A stretch of 48,068 bases of DNA from Candidatus Gottesmanbacteria bacterium (lineage in GTDB: Bacteria; Patescibacteriota; Microgenomatia; UBA10105; UBA927): contig JAUXTO010000042.1 of NCBI GenBank assembly GCA_030679255.1, positions 110,714 to 158,781 of the forward strand. Reading direction: 5' to 3'. Positions 8,085-16,679 of this stretch are shown piece by piece. The number at the start of each line of letters is the position of its first letter. Positions within the stretch are counted from its first letter, which is position 1. The notes beneath the pieces were generated by a model. The model ran no database searches. It was given only the letters and a program-made list of their open reading frames with translations, and was not told the origin of the DNA. A program made the translations under genes and the position numbers.

Positions 8085-8624
8085 TTAAACAAGTTCTTCC
8101 TTCCGCAACTCCATGATATAAGTGGGATCAGGCTCATTATGAATTTGTACTGTTTTTACATATTTAAACCCTGCTTTTTTGTATGCCTTAATTGCTCTGG
8201 TGTTATTTGGTTCCGGGCCAATGATGCAGGTATTTATACTATTATTTGCAAAAACAATTTTTTTAAGAAACTTTTTTATCATCTTATTTCCTAATTCTCG
8301 ACCCATAAATGAAGTGTCCCCTATAAATAAATCTATACTTGCAGTGTTGTCATCATACCCTACATGGTTTCCAAACTCGGGCCAATCATTCACTTTATAT
8401 GTTTGCATATAGGCAACTGGTTTTTTACCATATAAAACTATATAACAATCCGTTGGTTTTTCTCCTTTTATTTTCGGAGCATAACGTTTAGTAATTGCTT
8501 CCAGTGTATTTTCTTTGTCTTTGTCATACCATTCATGCACATGAGGTTCATTAAGCCATTTATGCATGAGGTCTAAACCGGCTAGTTGGAGTCTTTCAAA
8601 AGAAATAAATTTCGGATTAAGCAT
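8085..8624 (-). CDS. GNAT acetyltransferase, AAC(6')/Acetyltransf_8-like
   Basis: WLNEPHV.EWY, AYMQTY, IDLFIGD….GRELG, PEPNN.RAIKAYKKAGF. Confidence 0.85.
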   Translation of the reverse strand: MLNPKFISFERLQLAGLDLMHKWLNEPHVHEWYDKDKENTLEAITKRYAPKIKGEKPTDCYIVLYGKKPVAYMQTYKVNDWPEFGNHVGYDDNTASIDLFIGDTSFMGRELGNKMIKKFLKKIVFANNSINTCIIGPEPNNTRAIKAYKKAGFKYVKTVQIHNEPDPTYIMELRKEELV

Positions 8625-8795
8625 GTGTATATTGTATCATTTGGGGACTATAAAATCGCAAATGCGGATCTTAAAAATACCAACTTTCGTTGGTTTCAAT
8701 GAACTATTTATAGTAAGTCCTTACATCGTTCGATAGTCTACCCACAGAACGATGGGGTGAGAAGTTTACCCTGAGCGAGTCATCGAGTCGAATGG

Positions 8796-8815
8796 GAATC
8801 CCGTCGGTCACCCCA
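8796..8815 (+). repeat. tRNA-His 3'-end copy 3
   Basis: GAATCCCGTCGGTCACCCCA, preceded by the REP-like GAGAAGTTTACCCTGAGCGAGTCATCGAGTCGAATGGG. Confidence 0.9.
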
Positions 8816-8836
8816 AAACAGTGTATAATAATCTTC

Positions 8837-10408
8837 ATGGCATTATCTCCGGTCGTTGATTCATTGCTTACAGAAATTGAAGCAGACAGCCATACGGCGA
8901 CCCGCAGTACGCACGCCGATGTGAGCCGCGCGGTTTCAGCGTTTGCCGTCCTTTATGAAAAAGCAAGAAATGCTGTAGAATTCCGTGCCGATCATCTCGT
9001 CCGCAGAGCAGCTATTGAGCGCATACTCAAACGCCGGTTCCTCATTAACGGTGGCCCGTCCGCTATCGCCGAGAGCCTGATCACTGAGCTTCTTTGGGCG
9101 CGGTATATAGATAGCGCGCTCATCACGGATGCGAAAACGAACACTATTCAATCGATTATAGACCGTTATGCGCGCGTCAAACACATTATGGATGCTTCGC
9201 CCCACGGGCGATTTCTTTCATGGGATTTCCTTACGGGCTTGGCGTCTTCTGAAATAGAAGAGACCCTTATCTCCGGAAGAAAACGAAGTGCCCTGACAAA
9301 TTTCTTTTATCAGGCAATACGACCGGACATTACCCTACCGGGCATGGATGAGCAGTATGTCAATCTTCTCACATTTATCGCCGTCGAACGCGCCTATTCT
9401 CAATCAGACGATGCGATCCTTTCCTATCATGTGTTGCGCATCATGCTTCCTGAATGGTTCACCAATGACGAACAGTCTATCGACAAGAATTGGAAGAATT
9501 TTTTGCAGGTTACGGAAATGATGCATAAAGCCATGCGGGATACCAATAGTGATGCGCTATTCCGGTACGTCCGGAAGCATGCTCCACCGTTTCTTCTCTT
9601 GCAGGATTTTCTTTTCGAAACCGGAGAAAAAGCACGAGGCATCATCGAGGATAAGACTGCATTTGAACAAAAACTCGCTGAGATTGCCGGGGCCCGGTAC
9701 CATGCCATTGGCAATAAAGTGAAGCGGGCGATCGTACGGAGCTTTATCTATATTTTCTTTACCAAAATGATTTTTGCTTTTGCTCTGGAAGCCCCCTATG
9801 ATCTCCTTATCGCGAAAAAAATTGCGTATTTACCTCTCGCCGTCAATACGCTCTTCCCGCCGGTTCTTCTCATCCTCGTGGCTGGGCTCTTCACGGTTCC
9901 GGGTGCCGATAACACTCGTCGACTGATCGACCGGCTTTTTACCATCATCTACAAATTTGACACTCTCAAATCCGATACCGATTCTTTTGTCGCAGTACCG
10001 CGGGTGAGACGACCGCTGCTGACTGCCGTCTTCTCTCTGTTTTATCTGGCAACGTACGGCATCACTTTCGGACTGATCCATATGGGCTTGACGTCCCTTC
10101 ACTTTAGTATAGCCAGTCAAATCATCTTCATCTTTTTCGTGGCACTCATCAGTTTCTTTGCCTATCGCATCCGACTCTCGGCCAAAGAGTACGAAATGGT
10201 TGAGCATCAAGGAATCCTCGAGCCGCTCTTTGACTTTTTCTTTCTTCCCATTCTGCGCGCCGGGCATATCCTTTCCCAGGGCATTGCTAAGATAAATGTC
10301 TTCATATTTCTTTTTGATTTTATTCTGGAAGCACCCCTGAAAGTCATCTTCGATGTGGTCGAGGAATGGATCCGCTTCGTGAGGATCAAGAAGGATGAGA
10401 TTATTTAA
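8837..10408 (+). CDS. Hypothetical multi-pass membrane protein (CPR-type)
   Basis: Long ORF with YEKARNAVEFR..HL.RR.AIERILKRR, C-terminal TM helices and DFILEAP.K; TATAAT lies 7 nt before the ATG. Confidence 0.8.
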   Translation: MALSPVVDSLLTEIEADSHTATRSTHADVSRAVSAFAVLYEKARNAVEFRADHLVRRAAIERILKRRFLINGGPSAIAESLITELLWARYIDSALITDAKTNTIQSIIDRYARVKHIMDASPHGRFLSWDFLTGLASSEIEETLISGRKRSALTNFFYQAIRPDITLPGMDEQYVNLLTFIAVERAYSQSDDAILSYHVLRIMLPEWFTNDEQSIDKNWKNFLQVTEMMHKAMRDTNSDALFRYVRKHAPPFLLLQDFLFETGEKARGIIEDKTAFEQKLAEIAGARYHAIGNKVKRAIVRSFIYIFFTKMIFAFALEAPYDLLIAKKIAYLPLAVNTLFPPVLLILVAGLFTVPGADNTRRLIDRLFTIIYKFDTLKSDTDSFVAVPRVRRPLLTAVFSLFYLATYGITFGLIHMGLTSLHFSIASQIIFIFFVALISFFAYRIRLSAKEYEMVEHQGILEPLFDFFFLPILRAGHILSQGIAKINVFIFLFDFILEAPLKVIFDVVEEWIRFVRIKKDEII

Positions 10409-10452
10409 ACTTCGAGAGCCCCCAATCTGATATAATCAAAGTGGTAATTTTT

Positions 10453-10524
10453 GCGCCTATAGCTCAACGGATAGAGCAATAGTCTTCGGAACTATTTATG
10501 CAAGTTCGATTCTTGCTAGGCGCG
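10453..10524 (+). tRNA. tRNA-Arg(TCG)
   Basis: Acceptor GCGCCTA/TAGGCGC, anticodon arm ATAGT-CTTCGGA-ACTAT. Confidence 0.93.
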
Positions 10525-10539
10525 CCCGAGAAATTTGTA

Positions 10540-10611
10540 GGGCGCGTAGCTCAATGGTAGAGCATTTCCCTCTTAAGGAAGTGGTTGGAGGTTCGAATCC
10601 TCCCGCGCTCA
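10540..10611 (+). tRNA. tRNA-Lys(CTT)
   Basis: Acceptor GGGCGCG/CGCGCTC, anticodon arm TTTCC-CTCTTAA-GGAAG. Confidence 0.93.
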
Positions 10612-10612
10612 C

Positions 10613-10670
10613 CGCGTCAAACGCGACACGTCAAACGTGCCGAGTTTGTAAGCGAGTCGCGTTTGACGCG
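10613..10670. repeat. Long inverted repeat directly after tRNA-Lys
   Basis: CGCGTCAAACGCGAC…GTCGCGTTTGACGCG, a 15-bp perfect stem. Confidence 0.75.
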
Positions 10671-10780
10671 ACCTTCGAATATATTTTCCTACGATGGGAA
10701 CGACGGACGTTTCTATATCTGAAAATGGATATTTTGTATATATTCTTCAAATAATTTCTACTTTTTGATAAATTACGATT

Positions 10781-11353
10781 ATGTCCATTAAGAAGCTAAT
10801 TATTTTTGTTGATCGGGGCGATATAGCCAGAGCTCCCATTGCAGCAGCAATCGTTAGTCAAAATCTTAACGAAAGAAATTTACAAAATCTATACTCTGTA
10901 ATTTCATTTAGAACGCAAGGTTATGCTCCTGATGACAAAGAACCCATAAAATTTCCCAATATAACGTATTATCGTAAGCAGTATTTAGATTCAGAAAGAT
11001 GGCTTAATGAACACAACATCGATTTATCTTCTCGTTGGTCAACAGCTATTAATTCATGGTTTGCAGAAAAAGCCAAAGTTATTTTCGCAATGGACACTAA
11101 AACACGGCGATCACTTTTATTGATGTTTCCAAACTGTGAAGGAAAAGTACATACGTTCTCAGAAATTGTTCGTGAGGTTAAGGAAATCGACGATCCAGAG
11201 TTCGCGGAAGATAGACAAGGACTCGAACAAATATACAATGGAATAGAAAATACGATTGTCAATGGGTTCCCTAGATTACTTTCGTTAACAGATGGAATAA
11301 ATGTTAAAAATTTAGAAACGGCAGATACTTACCCACGTAAAGAACAAAAGTAG
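10781..11353 (+). CDS. Low-molecular-weight protein-tyrosine-phosphatase-like protein lacking the catalytic Cys
   Basis: IIFVDRGDIARAPIAAAI aligns with IlFVCxGNxCRSPxAeai; also IFAMD and EIDDP. Confidence 0.7.
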   Translation: MSIKKLIIFVDRGDIARAPIAAAIVSQNLNERNLQNLYSVISFRTQGYAPDDKEPIKFPNITYYRKQYLDSERWLNEHNIDLSSRWSTAINSWFAEKAKVIFAMDTKTRRSLLLMFPNCEGKVHTFSEIVREVKEIDDPEFAEDRQGLEQIYNGIENTIVNGFPRLLSLTDGINVKNLETADTYPRKEQK

Positions 11354-11548
11354 ACATACATAATGAAAGATTAAAATTACACTAATTCCCTTTTGTATAT
11401 TACAATTCAAAAACCGCGCGCGCTCAAAAATAACTGGGTCAGAAGACTGAGCGTATTAATAGTGCTGCATCTGGGAGAGATTATCCGACTCTACCTATTA
11501 AATGCGTTCAATTTTATTCGAAGACGTTCACATCAGTTTTTCGAACTT

Positions 11549-12694
11549 TTATGAAGTTAAACTAAACCAATTGCCATGAAAGTCGCGGAATCCGCGTTTC
11601 CAGTTTACTTCCCATCCTGCTCCTTCCGGTGCCGGAACCTTCCCATATCCATTGGGCGTATCGATGACAAAGCGGGCTGTCGCCGCGACTCCGGATAGCA
11701 TAGGACGCAGTTTTTGCCAAAGCGCAATTGCCCGATGAATCGGTACGGTAAAATGCTGAGCCCAATACACCGGATCATTCTGGAATACGTAATAGGGCAC
11801 AACCCCTACGGAAGCAAGCTTCGTAAAAAGGTTATACAGTGTTTCCACGTCATCATTTACGCCTTTCAGGAGCACGGTTTGAGACATGACGACTGCGTTG
11901 CATTCCTTACGGAACCGCTCGAGGACTCCCAACGTTTGGGGCGTCAGTTCAAGCTCGTGATTAATATGAATCATCATGCGGGGATTGCGCAGTTGGGCTA
12001 TAGCTTGAAAATGAGCATCGCGCAACAGGAGGGGGTTATGGACCGGTGTCCTCGTTCCGATGCGCACTATCGCGAGTCTTCCAGTACGCTGAAGTTCGCC
12101 GAGCTTCCCTAATACGTAGTGTAAAATGGGTGGGTGGACCGTCATAGGATCGCCGCCAGATAGGATAATTTCATTGATACCCTTTTCCTTTTCGATAAAT
12201 GTAAGGGTTTCGTTAATTTGATCCATGAGGAGGTGCGGTGTGTGGGCAAGGGCCGCAGTACTTCCGGTCTCCTGATTGGCGGGTATTCCCACTTCGCGGC
12301 CGCGCGTACAAAAACGGCAGTATGCAGCGCAGTGGCGGGTAATAGTCCATAATGCTCTTCCCTGATAGGAAAAATCGTGTTTCTTATGACCCTTACTCGT
12401 GCCGTTTGTATATTTATAGACGAGTCCGGGCGCCACTTCATGGTGATCTTCCATAAGAGGATCCTTGGCTCCGCTTTTGAAGAATCGGCGCTCCAAATCC
12501 GGACGTGACACAAATTGGAGTCCGATGGGGCCTAAGGGTCCTCCGGTTTGCGCGATAAGGTCGGATAAATACGGCGGAAAAATTTCCGGCAATCCGCCAT
12601 GCGGCAACATCATCTTCGTTCCCCGTGGCCGTAATGGTTCGACAAGAACAGTTTTTTTTACCATACGTAATTGTCTATGATGCGATACCTTCAT
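11549..12694 (-). CDS. KamA family radical SAM protein (lysine 2,3-aminomutase-like)
   Basis: CAAYCRFCTR, ILSGGDP, RIGTRTP, HINH, QTVLLKGVND, PYYVFQ, G.GKVP. Confidence 0.9.
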   Translation of the reverse strand: MKVSHHRQLRMVKKTVLVEPLRPRGTKMMLPHGGLPEIFPPYLSDLIAQTGGPLGPIGLQFVSRPDLERRFFKSGAKDPLMEDHHEVAPGLVYKYTNGTSKGHKKHDFSYQGRALWTITRHCAAYCRFCTRGREVGIPANQETGSTAALAHTPHLLMDQINETLTFIEKEKGINEIILSGGDPMTVHPPILHYVLGKLGELQRTGRLAIVRIGTRTPVHNPLLLRDAHFQAIAQLRNPRMMIHINHELELTPQTLGVLERFRKECNAVVMSQTVLLKGVNDDVETLYNLFTKLASVGVVPYYVFQNDPVYWAQHFTVPIHRAIALWQKLRPMLSGVAATARFVIDTPNGYGKVPAPEGAGWEVNWKRGFRDFHGNWFSLTS

Positions 12695-12790
12695 CTAACA
12701 CTATAGACTTCCGGCGTCTTGTCAATATAGAAATAAATATACAGAAAGAATGGCCGCGTAAACTTGACACAAATGTATCGATATGACAGC

Positions 12791-13396
12791 ATGAAGAGTA
12801 TGATACAGAAGATTATTCTTACCGTAGTTTGGTTTCCGCTGACATTCGTCCTGTTGATCCTTAATCTTACTCTCCTTCGTTCGCTCTATACCGATGGATC
12901 TCATGTCCAGGCGTCAGAATCGACTATGCTTCCAGCCAAGCATATCACCGCGGCAGCTGGGAGCGCCCAGACACTTGGTACATCAGTGATCGCCGGTGAC
13001 GCGCGAGAAATGCTTCTGGAAGCATTTCTGAAGAAATTTGATTCTCCTATGGCGCCATTTGCGGGCTTGATCGTAAAAGAGGCGGACAAAAATGGTGTCG
13101 ATTTCCGTCTCGTGGTGGCGATAGCCATGTGCGAATCAAATTTAGGCAAGAAAATGCCCAAAAAAGATGAATATAATGCTTGGGGGATCGCCGTCTATAC
13201 CGGACAAAACCAGGGAAAGGCTTTTGACAGCTGGCCGCATGCGATTGAGTGGGTATCCACTTATATTAAAACGAAATACTATGATCGAGGAATCACAGAC
13301 CTACTGCAAATCGGCGCTATCTGGGCACCTCCTTCTGTCGCAAACGGAAACTCGTGGGCAAATTGCGTCGGAAAATTTCAATCTACTATCCTCTGA
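12791..13396 (+). CDS. Lysozyme/glucosaminidase-like cell-wall hydrolase (CPR type)
   Basis: N-terminal TM, SP…..IV..AD..G.D.RLVVAIAMCESNLGK, YNAWG, F.SW..AI. Confidence 0.7.
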   Translation: MKSMIQKIILTVVWFPLTFVLLILNLTLLRSLYTDGSHVQASESTMLPAKHITAAAGSAQTLGTSVIAGDAREMLLEAFLKKFDSPMAPFAGLIVKEADKNGVDFRLVVAIAMCESNLGKKMPKKDEYNAWGIAVYTGQNQGKAFDSWPHAIEWVSTYIKTKYYDRGITDLLQIGAIWAPPSVANGNSWANCVGKFQSTIL

Positions 13397-13416
13397 TTGC
13401 CCGCGATACTAATCCG

Positions 13417-13487
13417 CCTGCCCGCAATCGCCCTGCCCGAAGCTGCTGCATCGCTGCAGGCGGGTACGCTCAAGCGTTGCAGGCGGG
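13417..13487. repeat. Nested CCTGCCCG…GCAGGCGGG palindromic elements
   Basis: An inner copy at 13432-13464 lies inside an outer copy at 13417-13487. Confidence 0.8.
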
Positions 13488-13544
13488 CGAATGCATGCCA
13501 ATGCAACGAATGAATACTGATACATTTTGAAAGCCCTATAATAC

Positions 13545-13573
13545 TTGACAAATAGATAATTATAGGGTATTAT
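13545..13573 (+). promoter_or_regulatory. sigma70-type promoter
   Basis: TTGACA-17 nt-TATTAT. Confidence 0.6.
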
Positions 13574-13816
13574 ACTTCCTTAGATCCTAAGGTGGGCCAT
13601 CCAAATGTCTGCTTTAGGATTTTTAGTAGGCAGTTGCTTTCTGAGGCAACCGAAGAATGCTTACTGCCGACTATCCCGAAGTCACGCTCTTGTGACGCGT
13701 CCCGCTTAGCGGGACGGGAACAAGGAAGTGTACTTCTGGGGTTGATGAACCACAGACTTCTCCCTCTTCCTTCACCTCGATCCGTCAGCCGACGGACCGG
13801 CGTGAGGCAAGACACT

Positions 13817-14374
13817 ATGAAACAAATCAATAATCTCATTCTTGCATTTCTTCTTTTTTATACCGTACTCACGGTTCATACTCCTGTCGTGATGGCTCAG
13901 GAACCTGAGGCGGGGGGAGCAGCACAGCTTCGTTTTGGTCAAATATTACGGGACGAGCGCATCGATCGTCTCCGCACCTACCTAGCCATGCACAACTCTC
14001 CACTCGTGGAAGAAAGTGCACATTTTATAGCGGAAGCCGACCGTCTCGGCTTAGATTGGAAACTCGTGGCAGCGATAGCCGGTGCGGAATCAACATTTGG
14101 TAAGCGTGTGCCGGGAGGCTCCTACAATGCCTGGGGATGGGGGATTCCCACTGGTGCCCAATCCGGGATCGCGTTTGATAGCTGGAAGGAAGGGATCACG
14201 AAAGTATCAGAAGGATTAAAAAACCGCTATATTGCCCGAGGAGCAATCTCCGTCGAACAAATCGGAAGGATTTATGCAGCGAGTCCCCGGTGGGCAGGGA
14301 ACGTGCGGTTCTTTATAAACGCGATAGAAACGTTTGCTCCCAATGATCCTTCGCTTCTGGCAGTTGCCCTCTAA
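13817..14374 (+). CDS. Lysozyme/glucosaminidase-like cell-wall hydrolase (paralog of 12791-13396)
   Basis: Signal peptide from ATG 13817; NSPL…FI.EAD..GLDWKLVAAIAGAESTFGK…YNAWGWG. Confidence 0.75.
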   Translation: MKQINNLILAFLLFYTVLTVHTPVVMAQEPEAGGAAQLRFGQILRDERIDRLRTYLAMHNSPLVEESAHFIAEADRLGLDWKLVAAIAGAESTFGKRVPGGSYNAWGWGIPTGAQSGIAFDSWKEGITKVSEGLKNRYIARGAISVEQIGRIYAASPRWAGNVRFFINAIETFAPNDPSLLAVAL

Positions 14375-14397
14375 GGAGAGGTATAATGACTCCGTGC

Positions 14398-14479
14398 GCC
14401 TCTGTGGCGGAACTGGTATACGCGTACGCTTTAGGAGCGTATCCCGTAAGGGTTGGAGGTTCAAATCCTCCCAGAGGCA
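14398..14479 (+). tRNA. tRNA-Leu(TAG)
   Basis: Acceptor GCCTCTG/CAGAGGC, anticodon arm TACGC-TTTAGGA-GCGTA. Confidence 0.95.
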
Positions 14480-14535
14480 CATCGATACATATCGATGTCT
14501 TGCACGATCGTTCTTCTGAGTGCTACGATGAAGTA

Positions 14536-15354
14536 ATGATGAACTACAGATTCGGTACAATTTTTGGGATACTGGTTTTGCCGGTGTTGCTTTTACTGTT
14601 TGCACAACCCATCGCTGCTTCTTCCCCCCAGGCCTATCAGGATTACCTGTATCAATTTGATCTGTATCGCCAAAAACAGAGCGCATTTTCGGTTGCCAAA
14701 GGCGAATATGAAAAGTTCCACAGTCTCACGAGTCAAACGACGGCCCTCTCCACTACCACGGCGATGCTCGCGCAGCGCAACAATCTCTTGCGGGCATATC
14801 TCCTCCTCCTCAACGAAAAAATCAATGAGAATCCTGGTCTTAACGAACTGCAGAAAGCGGAGCTTCATGGTACGGTCAATACTGAAATTAAATTTTTTGA
14901 CGGACACACCATGCGCATTGCATCCATAGGGTCGCTCGAGGATGCAACGATTGTATCTCGAGAACTCGAAACGCATAATAAAATTCTTCAAACTGTGATG
15001 CGGCAGACTATTACAGGAATATCATTTGGCACATTGGCTTCATTATCCCGGCAATTTGACATGGGATTTTCACAAGCGCAAGCATTGGTCAATGCGTCCA
15101 AAGCTATCTTCACTCCTCAAAAGCAAGCTACAATAGACCGTTGGCTACAACAGATACAAAATGTTCGGAAACTGTATCAACAGAAAGTTGACGATATTGG
15201 ATCTATGAATACGAAGCTTTCAGAACGCAGTGTAGACGGCCTGGATGATGGATTTCGAAATCTTAAAAAAGATATCGCTCAAGCCAAAATATATTTACAA
15301 GACGGCAATAGATTCATCGGAGAGCTTATCGAAGCGTTACGGTATCAGAATTAA
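14536..15354 (+). CDS. Secreted helical hypothetical protein
   Basis: Signal peptide, AYQDYLYQFDLYR, coiled-coil-like composition. Confidence 0.7.
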   Translation: MMNYRFGTIFGILVLPVLLLLFAQPIAASSPQAYQDYLYQFDLYRQKQSAFSVAKGEYEKFHSLTSQTTALSTTTAMLAQRNNLLRAYLLLLNEKINENPGLNELQKAELHGTVNTEIKFFDGHTMRIASIGSLEDATIVSRELETHNKILQTVMRQTITGISFGTLASLSRQFDMGFSQAQALVNASKAIFTPQKQATIDRWLQQIQNVRKLYQQKVDDIGSMNTKLSERSVDGLDDGFRNLKKDIAQAKIYLQDGNRFIGELIEALRYQN

Positions 15355-15361
15355 TACAGAT

Positions 15362-15742
15362 ATGAACGATGAACACGCATTATTTCAAGATGTCGCGGAA
15401 CCTGCCCAACCGGTAGAAGTGCCAGTTCCTGTTGTTGGCCCTACCAAGTCGTCAACGGTGCGGTTATGGCTTATTGCTATCGTGGCTATCTTGCTAGGAC
15501 TTGTTGGACTATTTATATGGAAAATCCTTAATCCACCTCCCAAACCGATTATTCAAGTGACACAGTCACCGACCCCGACCCCGACCCCCATACGGATTCT
15601 ATCCTCAATTGCTAGCGAAAGCGCTTTTGTGAATTTGACGCAATTACACGCTTCGCTCTCCACAGGATTATCCCAAGCAAATCTTGATGATCCGAGTCTT
15701 TCTCCCCCGGTCATAGAGCTCCCTCTGGGATTTAAACCGTAA
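15362..15742 (+). CDS. Single-TM hypothetical protein with a PT linker
   Basis: TM helix, SPTPTPTP linker, L.PP.I.L C-terminus. Confidence 0.65.
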   Translation: MNDEHALFQDVAEPAQPVEVPVPVVGPTKSSTVRLWLIAIVAILLGLVGLFIWKILNPPPKPIIQVTQSPTPTPTPIRILSSIASESAFVNLTQLHASLSTGLSQANLDDPSLSPPVIELPLGFKP

Positions 15743-15764
15743 ACATGGTAGTATCTTTTCTCAT

Positions 15765-16631
15765 ATGATTACCGCTCTGGAACATCAACAAAACGGTACT
15801 GTTACCCTTACCATTACGATACCATGGGCCTCTGTAGTAGCTGCCCGCGAAACGGTCACCGCAGAGCTCGTAAAAAATATTGAACTTCCGGGTTTCCGTA
15901 AAGGCAAAGTTCCCCGGGAAACTGCCCAAAAACACTTGGATTCCTCAAAAATATATGAAGAGGTAATCCAAAAACTTCTTCCCCAGGTTTACTCAGATGC
16001 CGTGGTTGAACATAAACTCCACCCGGTTGTTTTGCCCAAGATTGAAATCGTAGAGGCCAAAGAAGAAACTGATTGGGTCATACGTGCGCATACTGCGGAA
16101 AAGCCGGTCGTAACCCTTGGGGATTATAAAAAAGCAATCCGGGAAGCAAAGGCCACCAAACGCAATACAATATGGACCCCGAAGGATGGGATCGAACCCC
16201 CCAAACCCGAGGAAGAAGCCAAATCCAAACAAATGACGTTGGGAGAACTCTTGGAGGCGCTGTTTACTGTGGTTACATGTCAGATTCCTGATATTCTCAT
16301 TGAGAACGAAGTCAACCGGGGGCTTTCCGATCTCATCGATCAAACGAAAAAACTTGGGCTAACTGTCGACCAATATCTTTCCTCTACAGGGAGGACTGCC
16401 GAGAGTGTAAAAAAAGAATATTCCGAAAACTCCCGCCGCACGCTTACCCTCGAATTTGCTCTCGAGACGATAGCTGATGCAGAAAGTATATTTGTTTCTG
16501 ACGATGATATCGAAAAAGCTATTAAAGCAGCCAAATCCGAAGAGGAACGGGCGTCTCTTGCCCGAGAGCGCTACTACCTGGCTACCATCCTGCGGCGCCA
16601 GAAGACTCTTGACTTTTTGAGTACAGTATAA
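15765..16631 (+). CDS. tig: Trigger factor (short form, apparently without the PPIase domain)
   Basis: Ribosome-binding motif LPGFRKGKVP; C-domain IP.ILIENEV and L..IA.AE.I.VSD.DI; only 288 aa. Confidence 0.88.
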   Translation: MITALEHQQNGTVTLTITIPWASVVAARETVTAELVKNIELPGFRKGKVPRETAQKHLDSSKIYEEVIQKLLPQVYSDAVVEHKLHPVVLPKIEIVEAKEETDWVIRAHTAEKPVVTLGDYKKAIREAKATKRNTIWTPKDGIEPPKPEEEAKSKQMTLGELLEALFTVVTCQIPDILIENEVNRGLSDLIDQTKKLGLTVDQYLSSTGRTAESVKKEYSENSRRTLTLEFALETIADAESIFVSDDDIEKAIKAAKSEEERASLARERYYLATILRRQKTLDFLSTV

Positions 16632-16679
16632 TAAACAGTAGATTGTATCCCTTGCTGCCCTATAGTATAATCACACCCT

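Noticed and set aside
13592-13816. N-terminal extension of the 260-aa ORF
   Set aside because: It translates structured, palindromic leader DNA; the signal peptide starts at ATG 13817.
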